Origin: Octopus bimaculoides
Lineage: Eukaryota
NCBI RefSeq assembly: GCF_001194135.2
Contig: NC_068992.1
Span: forward strand, 66,227,427 to 66,291,426
DNA length: 64,000 nt
Direction: 5' to 3'
Shown piece by piece: positions 47,940-61,491 of this stretch (positions are counted from its first letter, which is position 1; each line of letters starts with the position of its first letter). The notes under the pieces were generated by a model. The model was not told the DNA's origin. It searched no databases and saw only the letters and a list, made by a program, of their open reading frames with translations. Position numbers and translations under genes: made by a program.

Positions 47940-48272
47940 AGAACTGGCACTCTTGGTTATGGCAGTGAGGGTTCCAGTTGATCCGATCAACTGAACAGCC
48001 AACTTGTGAAATTAATGTGCAAGTGGCTGAGTACTCCACAGACATGCATAATCCTTAACATATTCCTGGGGGAGATTCAGCATGACACAGAATGTGACAA
48101 CGCTGGCTCTTTTGAAATACGCGTACAAATCATTTTTGCCAGCTGAGGGGAAACTGAAGAAACATGAAATAAAGCGTCTTTGTCAAGGGCATAATGTGCT
48201 GGCCGGAATTGAACTCACGACCTGATGATTGTGAGCCAAATTACCCTAACCACTTAGCTACACACCTTCACT
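47940..48272 (-). mobile_element. tRNA-derived SINE family E copy
   Basis: Minus-strand head GTGAAGGTGTGTAGCTAAGTGGTTAGGG...GAGTTCAATTCC; body shared with 25885-26245. Confidence 0.78.
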
Positions 48273-48532
48273 TGGTGTAGATAAACTGCCAGAGGAATTG
48301 AATAACAAAATATTACAATGTGTTACTCTCTCAGAGAGAGAATTAATGCAATAACTAGGGATCCTTGATACCAACTGGTACCTGTGAAAGCGTTGTGTAG
48401 ATAATGTTTTGGTCATTAATTCTGTATTTATGCATGGCAAATCAGTCACATAATTATGTCTAGGATATTTTCAAGCTACTTTTGTCGATGTGTGGATGTC
48501 TATGTGTATTCTTTGTGTTTTTTCATCTCTAG

Positions 48533-49802
48533 GTATGGAAAATAATTATCAGTCTCTTGAGACACCAGTTACTGTGAATAACAATAAGAACTCAGCTTCA
48601 TATGAATTGGATAAATCATGCAGTGAGATGGCATCGCTAGATGGTTCCAGCTCATTGTCGCATTCACAGGCATTTTCTTCACACAGCCGCCCTAAATGCT
48701 CCAGGAAGTCATCTTACGAGGAGAACAAATGTTTCACCAACAATAGTGTGAAGTCCAACTGCATTTTAGAGAATTACAATGTACAGCAATCCAAAGATGG
48801 TCAGAAAGATGCTCCACGTTTATCTGAATCTCGGTGTACAGTTGTACAGGACTCAAGACTTTATAACTACGGTTCAACGGACTGTGACCGTGGGGCTGCT
48901 GCTGCATCTGTTGATAGCAGCAGCAGTGTTGGAAGTGTGTGTTCTCGTCAACAGAGTACAAAACTGGCAGCAACTGCTGCAGTGTCGACTGCAGGAGTAA
49001 CAGCAGCAGCTGCTACTGCTGCAACGCCAGCAACAACAGTAGCAGCAGTGGTTACAGCCTCTAACACTAGCATCACTACATCATCATCATCATCATTATC
49101 ATCATCATCTTCTTCATCTTCATCAACAACAACAACAACTACAACAACATCAGCCACAGTAGCATCAATGCCAGCTACAGTGGAAACTGCTGCATCATCA
49201 TCATCTTCACTATCATCACCACCATCATTATCATCATCATTCTTATCATCATCATCATCATCATCGTCATCAACAGCAAAATCTTCTACTGCTAAAAAAG
49301 ACTGTAAATCTTGCTTGGAATGCCAAAATCTGCAAAACCAGGTAAGTAACAAAACAGGCAAAGGGAAGACCAAGCTAGCCTCCCCTGAACATTCACCTGA
49401 TTCGAAAAATGCTGTGGAAAAGATAAAACGTAAACTTGTGAACCAAAGTGTTCAACGATTACATAAGGCTGGACAGGTGAGGACTAAAGCTGATTGGTTA
49501 TCACATGCTGATAACAGCCAATCGAAATCACCGGCAGATCTGGCCAACACTGATTATGTAAACGAAGTGACTTCTGAGAGCCACAATGTTCAGTCAACTG
49601 TGATGGATGATGGAGTATCTGAAGCGTGTCGTACGGACTCAAACAGACAGACTAGCATAGATAGCATTTCCTCTAATTCTGTGATAAATTATGTTCAATC
49701 AGAAAACGAGCCACTAACCGCCATGCACAAGAAACGCCAACGGAGTACCACGGATGATGGCAGAAGTAAACCCAAGAGAAGACGACAAGAAGGTTCTTTG
49801 AG
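48533..49802 (+). CDS. ASH1L: ASH1L-like third coding exon (1,270 nt; Ser/Thr/Ala low complexity)
   Basis: Acceptor TTTTTTCATCTCTAG|GT at 48532/48533 is phase 1 and completes the Gly codon left by the previous exon, in frame with ORF 48490..49806. Donor GAG|GTAAGA at 49802/49803 is phase 2, just before the ORF stop. Confidence 0.85.
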
Positions 49803-51726
49803 GTAAGAAAAGTTGAGTTTTTTCTTTTCGTTTGTTGTTCTTAACTTTTTTTATTTCATCTTTGTTATATCATTTCAAATGTATTTATTATAAACACACA
49901 CACACACACATATGTATGTATAATTATATGTTGGTGAAATGGATTATTTCCACATTGGTAATGGTTTTGTTCAGTTGATTTCAGGGACTTAAAAATAAAA
50001 CGACAGCAAGGATATTCGAAAGCGTTGGATGTCTTTGATTGGTCATGTGACTGATGACATTGAGTTCTTTGCCTCAAACATTAGGAGGTGATTCTGATTC
50101 GAAGTTCCTCAGTAAGCACTTAGGTGTATGCCAGTTGGTTAAGAAAAGTTCAAGACTGGGCAGATGATGTGGAATTTTTCTGGCAAACAGGAGCTGTAAA
50201 TCCTATTTAACAACGGACATTTCTAACATTTCTAACATGGGTGTCTATTGCACATTTTGTGTTCTTATATAAAAGAACCCTCCACTTCCATGTGTGTGCA
50301 TGTAGCATTGAGAATTATAGCAGGTATAAGAGGTGTTACAAATTGTGAATGGCACTGGAATGGCTGAAAGCACAGAAAGGGAGGTGATTGGCTAAAGTAG
50401 TGCAGACAGGGATTAAAATGAGAAATGGAAAATGATTCCAAGGGGGGAGGGGAGGTAACTGGAAGAAACATATCTTCAAATCCAATTATTGTTCTGCCCA
50501 GAACTAAAAACTGACAGATTTTGCATTTCATTTCCAACCAGTTTCCAACCTTTATAAATTAATGCTGTATTTAGTATTTATTTGCTTTGCGATATAAATC
50601 TGATTTATTGTGAGTCATTATTTCTTGTGCATTGGTACCAAACTGGAGCCCTGCTTACATAAAACATTATTTTTGGTCGTCGGTGGATTAATGAGTCTTC
50701 TTGAGTGAGGGTATGTCTGATAACTCAGATCATGTGACTTGAATATGAATTAATAGAATCTTGTTTTGAAACCAATTTTAATACTTGAGACCTTTCTTTC
50801 AGCAATTCCATTTGATTATGATTTGATGGGAGGAGGGCATATATATGATGTTATCAATCCATGTATACAAGTCGTTATCAGGAAATTCACAAACATTGTA
50901 AAACAATGTTTCCTGAGTACAGTTCTTGATTATTTAATCCTTATTACTTTGGCCTCTTCCCCTCCTCAGCTGCAATTATTAAAAACAGTCATTTCCTACC
51001 TTACATTTCTCTCGCTCTTTATAGCTCTGTTATTTCATCACATTACCTCTCTAATTATCTTCCCTTTCTCTGGTGAAGAGATTTCTTTCCTCTTTCCACT
51101 TCTCTTACATTATTTCTAACCCTCACTCTTTCCATACCTCCTTACATAGAACTCTCTTTACTCATGACTGTCTAACAAGTTGCTGGCTTCCACTTCCCTA
51201 ATCTTTCACCTCTCTATCTATCTACAACTCTTTCTCTCTCTCTTTCATCACCTCTTTCAACACAGCCACTACTTTCTCCTTTCAGTGTGAGAGAGAAATC
51301 AACAGTCAACAAAACTTTTATAAGTGTGTGGGTGTGTTATTATATGTAAAGTGTATGTTGTGATTGACATCTTCTGTATTGTTAGAACCTCTAACCTAAC
51401 CTAATTCCTCCCTGTTCCAAAAAAAACTGTGCTTTTTGAGGAGGAAGGTTTGGCAGGAACTAACAGATGTCATTGCCAAAAATAGAACGGAGTCAAATTG
51501 AAAAATCCAGTCTTTGGCAAAAGTTATTATTGTTGTTGTTATTCATCTTTTAGGAGTTGATAAAAGAAATACCAGTTGTGTACTGCTATCCATCTCTCTT
51601 GAAACTTCAGCTCTTGTGCCTATAGCAGAAAGAAATTACTATTGTTGTTGTTTCAAATTTTGGCATAAGGCCAGTAACTGAAGGGTGGGACAAGTTGATT
51701 GTATCATCCCAGTACTTGATTGGCTT

Positions 51727-51890
51727 GTAGGAGTGGCTTTGTGGTAAGTAGCTTGTTTACGAACCACATGGTTCCGGGTTCAGTCCCGCTGCATGGCACC
51801 TTGGGCAAGCGTCTTCTACTATAGCCTCAGGCCGACCAAAGCCTTGTGAGTGGATTTTGTAGACGGAAACTGAAAGAAGCCCGTCGTATA
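51727..51890 (+). mobile_element. tRNA-derived SINE family D head
   Basis: GTAGGAGTGGCTTTGTGGTAAG...GGTTCAGTCCC...CCTTGGGCAAG...GACGGAAACTGAAAGAAGCCCGTCG, followed by long (TA)n. Inverted copies at ~16820, 35645, 62545 and 62700. Confidence 0.8.
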
Positions 51891-51894
51891 TATG

Positions 51895-51971
<77 letters not shown>
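51887..51971. repeat. (TA)n microsatellite
   Basis: About 35 uninterrupted TA units. Confidence 0.95.
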
Positions 51972-51983
<12 letters not shown>

Positions 51984-52272
51984 GTATGTGTGTGTGTTTG
52001 TAAAGTTGACCTTGGCAAGATTGGAATTCAGAATGTGAAGATGGACGAAATGCCACTAAGCATTTTGTCCACTGTGCTAAAAATTCTGCCAGCTCACTGC
52101 CTTAATAACAACAACAACAACAACAACAGCAGCAATAATAATGTTGCTTATTTTATCCCTGCCGGAAGGATGAAAGCTTAAGTAATCCTAGGCAGGAGTT
52201 GAAAGTAGAACGTTAAGGGATGTAACTAAACACCACTGTCAGTCAATTTACTAATTTTGCCATCCACAGCTC

Positions 52273-52319
<47 letters not shown>

Positions 52320-52950
52320 TAACAATAATAATTACGTATACATGCATGCACACACACACACACACACTCTCAAGTATAAAGTGTATTTCAATTAGCATAT
52401 CATCATCTTCTCTGCTTTCACATGTGTGCTGTGATCCTCTGAGATCAGCAGCCTTTAGCAATTGTTTATTTTCCAGTGTGACCTTTTCCAGATACAAGTG
52501 TGACCATTCTACAATTATCTGTCTTTGGGAGGGGAGGGGGTGGGGATGGGTTTCAGTTATTGCCAATTGTCAATTGTCAAAATTGGGGTGGGGGGGTTTC
52601 ACTTTATAGCCGTGTATATGTGTATGTGTATATCTACACTGTTATTTCCTCCTCTCACTCTCACCCAAGTTGCAGACTCAGTGTGATCTTTTGACAAACT
52701 GGGTTATGACCTTGATTCAGCCTGTTGCAAACACTGTATTTTACTTATATCTATATCTATATACACACACACACACACCACACAGACATGTGTATATGTG
52801 TGTGTGTAATATATAATATATGCATGTCTTCATGTATGTGTGTGTGTGTGTGTTTATAACATATGAAAATATATTTGTGTACTTTTATTATGATTGTGTT
52901 TGTCTTGGCTATCTCGCTAGTTTCTTATAAATGTTTGTTTACAGCCATCC

Positions 52951-52992
<42 letters not shown>

Positions 52993-53369
52993 TTGCTTCA
53001 CCCTCCCCTCACACTTTCTCACTTCATGTATCTGTGTGTGTATGTGTGCTTGCATGTATATATGTGGATGTGTGTTACATTCTCTCCAAGCCATGTGAGT
53101 AACTATTGTATATAGCTGCTATAAATTGGCATAATTTAGAACAATGAGTTGCTTAAGTACAGCCAACAGCATCAGCAGCAGCTGAAGCAGCAGTGGCAGC
53201 AGTAGATTTCTTCTTCGCCATCTTCTTATTATTTTGTGGTGGAATTAAAAACAGTTCTTTTCCTCACCTTTCTTTCTTTTCTCTGACAAAGAATTTTACA
53301 TCCTTTGAGATTTATGTATGTTAATTACTTCAGCTTTCATAATCTCTAGCTGTTACTGCTCAATGTTCT

Positions 53370-54208
53370 TCATCACCGATGGCATGAGAGCAATAGGTCC
53401 TCTGTATTAAAGGCTCATTGAAATTAAGTACCAGTCACATACTGGGGTCAATATAATTGAATAGGTGGGCCTGAAGTTATCTATTATCTTACTCTTGTTT
53501 TGGTCTTTGTCAACAACAACAACAATGATTCAAATTCCGCTGGGGTCAACTTTGCCTTTCATCCTTTCGGGGTCGCTAAATTAAGTACCAATGAAACACT
53601 GGGGAGTCAATGTAATCGACTTGTGCCTATAGCTGAAAGGATTATTCTTATTATTATTCCCTTTAGATGATAATAACTCTTTCTACTCTAGGCACCAGAG
53701 CTGAAATTTGAGGGGGGAGGGAGCTAGTTGATTACATTGACCCCAGTGTTTGACTGGTACTTTTATTTTATTGACCCTGAAAAGTTGACTCAGTGGGATT
53801 TGAAATGAGAAAGTAAACAGCCAGAAGGAATAAGTTCAAATTTATGGCACGAGACCAGCAAGTTCAGAGGAGCGGGTGGGTGGGTGTGGGTGTGGGGATT
53901 ACATTGACCACCACCACCACCATCCTCAACTGGTACTCATTTTATCGACCCTCAAAAGGATGAAAAACAAAGTCAATCTCAGCAGGGTTTGAACTCAGAA
54001 TGTAGAGACAGACAAAATGCCACTAAACATTTTGCACAGCATGCTAATGAATCTGTCAGCGCTTGCTGCCTTGATTAATGATGATGATGATTAGAAAAAG
54101 GAATTGAAAAATATTTGTGAATGATCCTTGGCTGACCATCCATGCGAGAAGTAACTGCTCTGCCACACGAGAAGAGCATTGTCGCTGGGAATTTCTTCTT
54201 TCTTTTTA

Positions 54209-54247
<39 letters not shown>

Positions 54248-55753
54248 TAACTTGGCTTTGTGAATGGACAATCTGATGTGTTTATCTTAATGGCCTACAT
54301 TGTATACAGTGAGTTTCTTTGCTCTAGATGTCAAAAAGACACTTGGCAAGAAATGGAAACAAAATTGAAAGAAGGAAAATAATAATAATAATAATAATAA
54401 ATTTTGGCACAAGGCCAGCAATTTCGAGGGAGTGTGTAAATCAAATACATCGACCCCCATCACTCAAGTGGTACTTATTTTATTAACCCCCAAAAGGATG
54501 AAAGGCAAAGTCGACCTCAGTGGAATCCAAAGGTGAATTATTAAAACCCCAAAGAATTCCTCTCAACACATGGCTATGATGCTCCCCAACTACTTCTGCT
54601 CGTGATCAGAGATGCACATATCGTCAGCCACCAAGGAACATGCTTAACTGGTTAAGGTCGAACAACTGACAAGCTAAGCTCTATTATTGAGCAGAATATT
54701 TGCTGTAGCCCATCTTTTTATACCAAGACAAAACAATGTACGTGATAACACTTTATTATTATTATTACTGAGTGCAGTGAGGTAGCAGAATCATTAGAGC
54801 ATGAAGCAAAATGCTTGCATATTCTGAGTTCAAATCCCACCAAAGTCAACTTTGCCCTTTCATCCTTCCAGAGTCAGTAAAATAAGATTCCAGTCAAGCA
54901 TTGGGATCGACATAATCAGTTTGGCCCCTTCCTTCAAAATTGCTGGATTTGTGCCAGAATTAGAAAGCAGGGGGTGGTGAGTTGGCAGAGTCTTAGCACA
55001 CCAGACAAAATGCTCAGCAGCATTTCGTCTATATGCTCTGAGTTCAAATGCTGCTGAGGTTGACTTTCAGGGTGGATAAAATTAGTACCAAAATCAGGGT
55101 CAATCAACTTGAAAAACTGCTGGCCTTGTTCCCAAATTTCAAAAACCATTATTGATGGTGACAGCAGCAGGGGGTCGGTCGGTCGGTCGGTGGTACCAAT
55201 GTAAGAATTGCCGGAGTACAGAACTAAAGGCCTTGCAGTATTTAGTTCCATATATTACACCTTAGATTCTGAGTTCAGATCCTGTCTAGTTTGATAAAAT
55301 AAATACCAGTAATAGTTTGGGGGTCAATTTTTAATTATTAATCCTTTTCAGTGAAAGAAATAGTAGGTTCAATTTAATTAGTTGTCCATTTTCATACCTC
55401 TTCTTTTTTTTTTCTTTTTTTCCTTTTTTTTTTTTAGCTCAATTCTAACCAGGATTGAATTTGTTTTCCCTTCTGGAATCAACAAAATAAATTATAGTTA
55501 AGTCCTTCAAGTTGATTAAATTGTCTGTTCCCTCTTGTACAAAACGTGTGGCTTTGTGCCTACATTAGAAATTATTAATTATTGTGTGTAATTAGTTTTT
55601 AGGCAGGTGGACCAGAAATGTTTAGAGCAAGTACAATTCCTCAGCAAGTACTTTTAATAAGACATCAATTAATCACAAAGTAATTAGCGAACATTTAATC
55701 AGTAGTTAAAAACAATTAAAATAAGTGAGACATTTTTACTTCTCATCAGTATT

Positions 55754-55792
<39 letters not shown>

Positions 55793-56030
55793 GCCAGCTG
55801 GCAAAATAGTTGTTACGCTGGGCTAAATGCTTTGTGGCACTTTGTCCATCTTTAAGTCCTAATTTCCACCAACATCATCTTTGCCTTTCATGCTTTTTGG
55901 TGTAGGGGCGGGGTCAATAAAATAAATGCCAGTGTACCACTGGGGTCAATGTAATAGACTTATATCACCACCCCTCCCCCCGAAATTGTTGGCCTTGTGC
56001 TGAAATTTGAAACCATTATTATTGTTGATG

Positions 56031-56083
<53 letters not shown>

Positions 56084-56300
56084 CGTTTGCACTGCTGTTG
56101 AAATGCTAAACGGTATTTCGTCTGTTCTCAGTTCAAATTCCGCCAAGGTTGACTTTGCCTTTCACCCTTTTGGGGTCGATTAGATAAGTACCAGTTATAC
56201 ACTGGAGTCGATGTAATTGACTTACCACCACCACCACCTCCTCGCAAGGATTATTATTATTATTAGTATTAATTGTTAGCATGCCGGGCGAGATGCTTAC
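53370..56300. mobile_element. Dense cluster of at least 8 family B SINE copies in both orientations
   Basis: Plus copies at ~53500-53650, 54775-54960, 54975-55145, 55795-56030 and 56080-56230. Minus copies at ~53680-53820, 53830-54070 and 54400-54535. Confidence 0.78.
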
Positions 56301-56479
56301 CAAAGCCTCGTGAGTGGATGTGGGTGAGGATGGAGGGATGGAGTATGAACAGCGTTTATGCCATCTGACACAAGTAATAGCATCAAGCAGAAACCATTGA
56401 ATAAGTTTCTTCAGTTTCACTCACAGAGCTTCGATTCACCCAAGTCTATGACATAAGACATTCTACGTGCTGGTTCTAT

Positions 56480-56686
56480 GTAAGAAGTGCTCATGCTGGT
56501 GTCACATCAGAGCAGCACCCAGTGGGGCACATTCTGTAAAGTGTTTGGCATTAGGAGGGGGGGGGGAGTATCCAGCTGAGGACACCAGGCCAAAACAGAC
56601 CTCACTGGAGCTTGGTGCAGCTCTCTGGCCTTGCCAGCTCCTGTTGAACCATCTGACCTGTACCAGCATTGAAAATGGACAATAAA

Positions 56687-56745
<59 letters not shown>
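56480..56745 (+). mobile_element. RTE 3' end copy with long (GAT)n tail
   Basis: Family motifs plus (GAT)n at ~56692-56744. Confidence 0.72.
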
Positions 56746-56746
<1 letters not shown>

Positions 56747-56826
56747 CTACACAGGATTATTGAACTTAGGACCTCGTGATGATTGTTAAGCAAGCTTCTT
56801 AACCACCCAGTCATGACAGCATGTAA

Positions 56827-56857
<31 letters not shown>

Positions 56858-57849
56858 TGCATGCATGGTGGCTTGTTGTATTTGTCATAATGGTGTGGTA
56901 CTCCCCATAATGCTGGTGGGACATGTTTTCCAAACTGGGTTTTAAAGAATGTTATCAAATAACACTATAGTTTCTAGAGATTGAAAGAAAATCATGATTT
57001 CAGCGATGAATATTACGAGTTACTCACTTTGAATCGAAAGAAATAAACATGAGAAGTGTCTTACCCCATACGGTTATGTTCATCAATGAATATTTACTTA
57101 GAGTCAAAAAGAAAAGCAAGTCTTATGAAGACTTAATCATCTGAGGCCATTGTCGTTTGTTTTGTTTCCTGCTATGAATATGGCAGTTTCTCATGTCAAA
57201 ATGTCAGCCAATGCTGTGATCAATTCCTATAAATTGATATACATACTAAACGAGGCCATGTTATCATTCTTTTAATTATTTATACAACTACTAAATGCTC
57301 CATACACACTTCGTTTACATATTAATCATTGAACCAGCAATAATGACAGTCTCACAGAGAGATTACAGTGTAGACAAACTGTTGTCATCACAACATTTAA
57401 AGGAAGAAAGAGAAGGAGGACTGTAATAGCATTAAGGAGAGATAGATAGATAGAGAGAGAGAGAGTAAAGAGAAAGGGACATTGCTACAATTACACATCA
57501 ATAACATTTAAGAGAAGGAAATACAAGTAAAAGAGATTTCTTGTACAAATTGCCAACAAGATTTCAGACAGTGAAGATGTTATTGCATTTTTGAAAGAGT
57601 GCCTGCTTAGGTATTTTCATAACTCTAACCCTAACCCTACACACAGACTCTTTAAGCTGAGCAACAGTAAAACTCTCAATTCCTGCTACCTAATTCCTTT
57701 CTTTCTCTTAATTGTTGCAATTGTTGTTTTGCTTTGTGTCGTGAATATGGTGTTTTTTTTCATGCTAAAGTATCAATAAATATTATGAGCAGTTTATATA
57801 AATTGATAAATGTGCTAAAGAGATATTGTGACTATATTACCAATATGTT

Positions 57850-58013
57850 GCACCCAGTCCACATTGTAAAGTGGTTGGCATTCGGAAGGGCATCCAGCTG
57901 TAAAAATCCTGCCAAAACAGTCACAGAAGTCTGGTGCAGGCTTCTGCCTGGCCGGCTCTTGTCAAATCGTCCCACCCATGCCAGCAGCGAAGGCAGACGT
58001 TAAATGATGACAA
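57850..58013 (+). mobile_element. RTE 3' end copy
   Basis: GTGGTTGGCATTCGGAAGGGCATCCAGCTGT...CCATGCCAGCA...GACGTTAAATGATGA. Confidence 0.75.
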
Positions 58014-58465
58014 TGAGTTCTTACTTCTAGATTAGACCTGAATTAAATTATGCATCTTATACCACTAAAATTTCTGCAGCCTTCCCATTTTTCTCTAATA
58101 CAATGTTGACCTTTTCAGCTGCTTTTTGTTTTCATGTTTTACATACTTATACGCAGACACATATACACAAATAAGATATTCTCAAAACAATGTATACACA
58201 CATCAGGAAGATGCATAAAATCATGCAGATGCATAAATGCTCTTATCTATTATCTCCCTTGATTGGAACTGCTCTCCTGCTGTGAAACGTCATTCAGTGC
58301 TGTTTCTTCCTTGCTCATATATTATCTGTGTTTCAGGTTTCATCCGTCTTTAGTCTCGTAAGCTCTTTTGAATGTATTACTTAATACTCTGATGTAATTC
58401 CCTGCATACAGATTAAAATTATGTGGATGCATGTATATATGTGTATTTGTGGTGTCTGCTAAGGG

Positions 58466-58530
58466 CAGTGCTACTCAAAGTGGTGGTCTGTGGACCGGTG
58501 CCGGTCTGCGAGCCATCAGCTGCCAGAAAA
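58466..58530 (+). mobile_element. hAT/Charlie-like terminal fragment
   Basis: CAGTGCTACTCAAAGTGGTGGTCTGTGGACCGG resembles Charlie/MER5-type termini; no partner TIR was seen. Confidence 0.5.
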
Positions 58531-58619
58531 GAAAGAAACATTATAAAAGGCTTATGTAATATTGTATTATTTGTTTACAAAATAAATACAAGATAAAAAA
58601 AAATTGTCAACTTTTATTA

Positions 58620-58780
58620 CTAAACCCCCAGTGGTCAACTGGTACTTATTTTATCGAGCCTGGAAGGATGAAAGGCAAAGTCGACATCAGCAGAATTTGA
58701 ACTCGGGACATAAAAACAGGCAAAATGTCACAAAACATTTTGTCTGGCGTGCTAATGATTCTGCCAGCTCACCACCTTGA
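58620..58780 (-). mobile_element. tRNA-derived SINE family B copy
   Basis: Reverse complement of the family B consensus. Confidence 0.75.
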
Positions 58781-59934
58781 TGATGATGATGATAATAATA
58801 ATGACAATAATGTGTGTGTGTATTGTAACTGATGGATGACCCGAAACTGAAAATAAAAATGAGAAAAGATCAATCATTGTCACTTTAGAGCTTAATAAGA
58901 CATGAATTTTAGTGTGTTAGAGAGAGAGAGAGAGAGAGGGAGGGAGAAGGAGAGCGAGAGAGGGAGAGCCAAAATATTTTATGCTAAACTGATTCAATGT
59001 TTTTATTTGTTTTCTTTAGTCTTTGGTTTTATTGATACTTTATTTTTTTTTTTTCTAAGGCTGGAATGTTAATTCATTATAATTGCCACCACCATCAGCA
59101 CCACCGCCATCACCGTATCCTCATCATCTTCATTTCTACCACCACCATCTCCGCCGTTTTCATCATTTCTACCATCATTCTGCTCTTCTCCATTATTACC
59201 TCTACCACCACTTCTACAACGACTTCTACCACACTCCTCTGTGTGGTTGTTTAACCTGCTAGAAATAGTAACCTAATCTAGCTCAACTTACACCTTATCT
59301 TTAAAAAGGATACATTGGGTGGATAATGTGGTCTTGAATTCCTTGCACCTGGGAAAATGACAGAATGGCCACAGTTGGATTGTCTCTGACCTTGGCTCTG
59401 CTCAATCAATGCTCACCTGGGGCTAAACAATGACTGACCATTTGGTTGCTAATGAATGTCATTTCTGATTAATAGAATTCTAATTAAGTGGCCTGCATGC
59501 TCTTGTGTGATGAAATATCCTCTCCCTCCTCCCTCCCTCCTCTCTCACCATCTTGTTCTGTCAAATTTCAAAAGTCATTTTAAATAATCACTAATTCTTT
59601 CTTGTTAATTTCGAACGGCCCCTCCCTCATCCGTCTTCCTTCCACCTTCTTACACTCCACCCCCACCACCCTTTTGACTTGTCACCACATGCCATACAAT
59701 ATTCTGGCTGTTGCCACTGTTGTTATTTCAATTTCTCTCATGTCACACTAATTCAAGCTTAAACTTGATAATATCACAGTTTGTTGTTGTTGTTGTTGTT
59801 TTAGAAGGAAAAAAATTTTTTATGTGTTTTTGTTGGTTTTTAAATTTTTTTCTTTTAAATCAAATAACAAATAACCTGAATATGTTTTGTTTATTTCTTT
59901 GATATCTGATTAGAAAAATAATAATAACAATGGA

Positions 59935-60150
59935 TTCAAATATTGGCATGGGGACAGTGATTTTGAGGGAGGGGGTAAGTTGATTACATCGACCCCAGTA
60001 TTCAAGTGGTACTTATTTTATCGATACCCAGAAGGGATGAATGGTAAAGTCAACCTCGGTTATATTTGAATTCAGAACGGAAAGTCAGAAGAGATGCTGC
60101 TAAGCATTTTTCGCAGTGCAGCAAGGATTCAGCCAGCTTTGCCGACTTAG
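59935..60150 (-). mobile_element. tRNA-derived SINE family B copy
   Basis: Reverse complement of the family B consensus. Confidence 0.75.
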
Positions 60151-60399
60151 AAACATTTAAATAACAGTGATTAATTGGGGATGGTCAGTATTGTAGTGGT
60201 TTGTACTGGTGCTCAGTAGGTTTCACTGCTTGATTCTGTCTGCTCTGTTCTCCCACTCTTTCCTTGTTGGGAGTAGCATGCCATGCACTAAGATGGAACC
60301 AGAAACTGTGTGGTTGGTGTACAAACTTCTTATCCACACAGCCATTTCTACACACACATGCACACACAAGTTCAATCTAGAGGAAAGATAGCTTTACCC

Positions 60400-61370
60400 A
60401 TGGCTTTTTCAGGGTTTACTAAGACTGGTAAAGATCCCTGACATTAACCATTTCATTTAAACTGTTGTAGAGGAAGCATGAGCCGGGAAGGAATTCTTGA
60501 GGATCAACAGTCTGAGATGAAGGGAGTAGAAGCATTGGTTAGTGCAGGGCCTGGGTGTGATTAGGGGAGAAGAGGCAAAGGAAAGGCCTAAATAGAAGCA
60601 GCACAATAACAAACAGAACTGGAGGTGGCTCACAAGTTGGAGTAACTTCCTACCACTTGGCTGAGTGGGCTTTCTCTGGATGTCTTTGATTGCAGTTGTA
60701 GAAATGGTGTGAAGCAGTTTCTTGCTTTGAAGAGAAAGACCAATCTTTTGAGGAAGGTTACTTGTTATATTCAGATTGTTCATTGACGAGAAGATAGTGA
60801 GGAGGAGGAGCATTTAAAACAACCACAAGGGTTTGAGTTGTGTGATGTTGATGTTATGGGGGGAAAGTGAGCTGTTTATGTGCTGTGATTGTGAGGTATT
60901 GGTGGAAGGGTTTTGTTAAAGAGGACAAAGTTGGCATGACCTCAATGGAAGATGTTGTTTGAGGGATCAGTGGAAATCTGGTGCAAGATATCTAGGATGC
61001 ATGGGAACAAGACTTGAATGCAGAAGATTAGAGAAGAATGAGGAATGGTATTATTTGCATTGGTGTGGGTGTTGGTGGAGGTGACAGCCTGGGGGTTGTC
61101 AATGTATGAGGAGGAAGTGTATGAGAGGTAGAACCAAACTCTGGCATCACACAAGAATTTTTAAATACATATGGATGGACGGACAGACAGATGGCTGTGT
61201 GTTTATGAAGTTTGCTGTGTAACCATGGGAATCTGGGTTCAAGTTCACTGTGTTGCCCCTAGAGCAATGCTTGTCTTCTGCCATAACTCTGGCTTGACCA
61301 TTGCCTGAGAGAAGGTGGCCCTCGGCCCATTCAACATTTGCAAGGTTGAAGTCCCCTAGAAGAAATATGT
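60400..61370 (-). mobile_element. Degenerate non-LTR retrotransposon endonuclease region, interrupted by a SINE head
   Basis: Minus-strand HIFLLGDFNLANVEW (~61320-61365) is the APE-endonuclease GDFN motif. Downstream purine/pyrimidine asymmetry fits an ORF2 relic. A family D head sits at ~61195-61300. Confidence 0.55.
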
Positions 61371-61457
61371 GCAGGCTGTCATATATAGGTGTGTGTGTGT
61401 GCATTTAGTATGTCATTCCGTCCATTTGTTTATTATTATATGTTTTGTCTTCAGAAA

Positions 61458-61491
<34 letters not shown>

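Noticed and set aside
48948-49373. Minus-strand poly-D/V ORF
   Set aside because: Antisense reading of the TCA/ACA repeats in exon 3.
57625-57639. Interstitial telomeric repeat (CTAACC)2
   Set aside because: Only about 2.5 units, compatible with chance.
59061-59254. Exon after the strong acceptor TTTTTTTCTAAG|
   Set aside because: In the required phase 2 it hits TAA after four codons; the downstream His/Thr-rich ORF is a CAC/CAT microsatellite.
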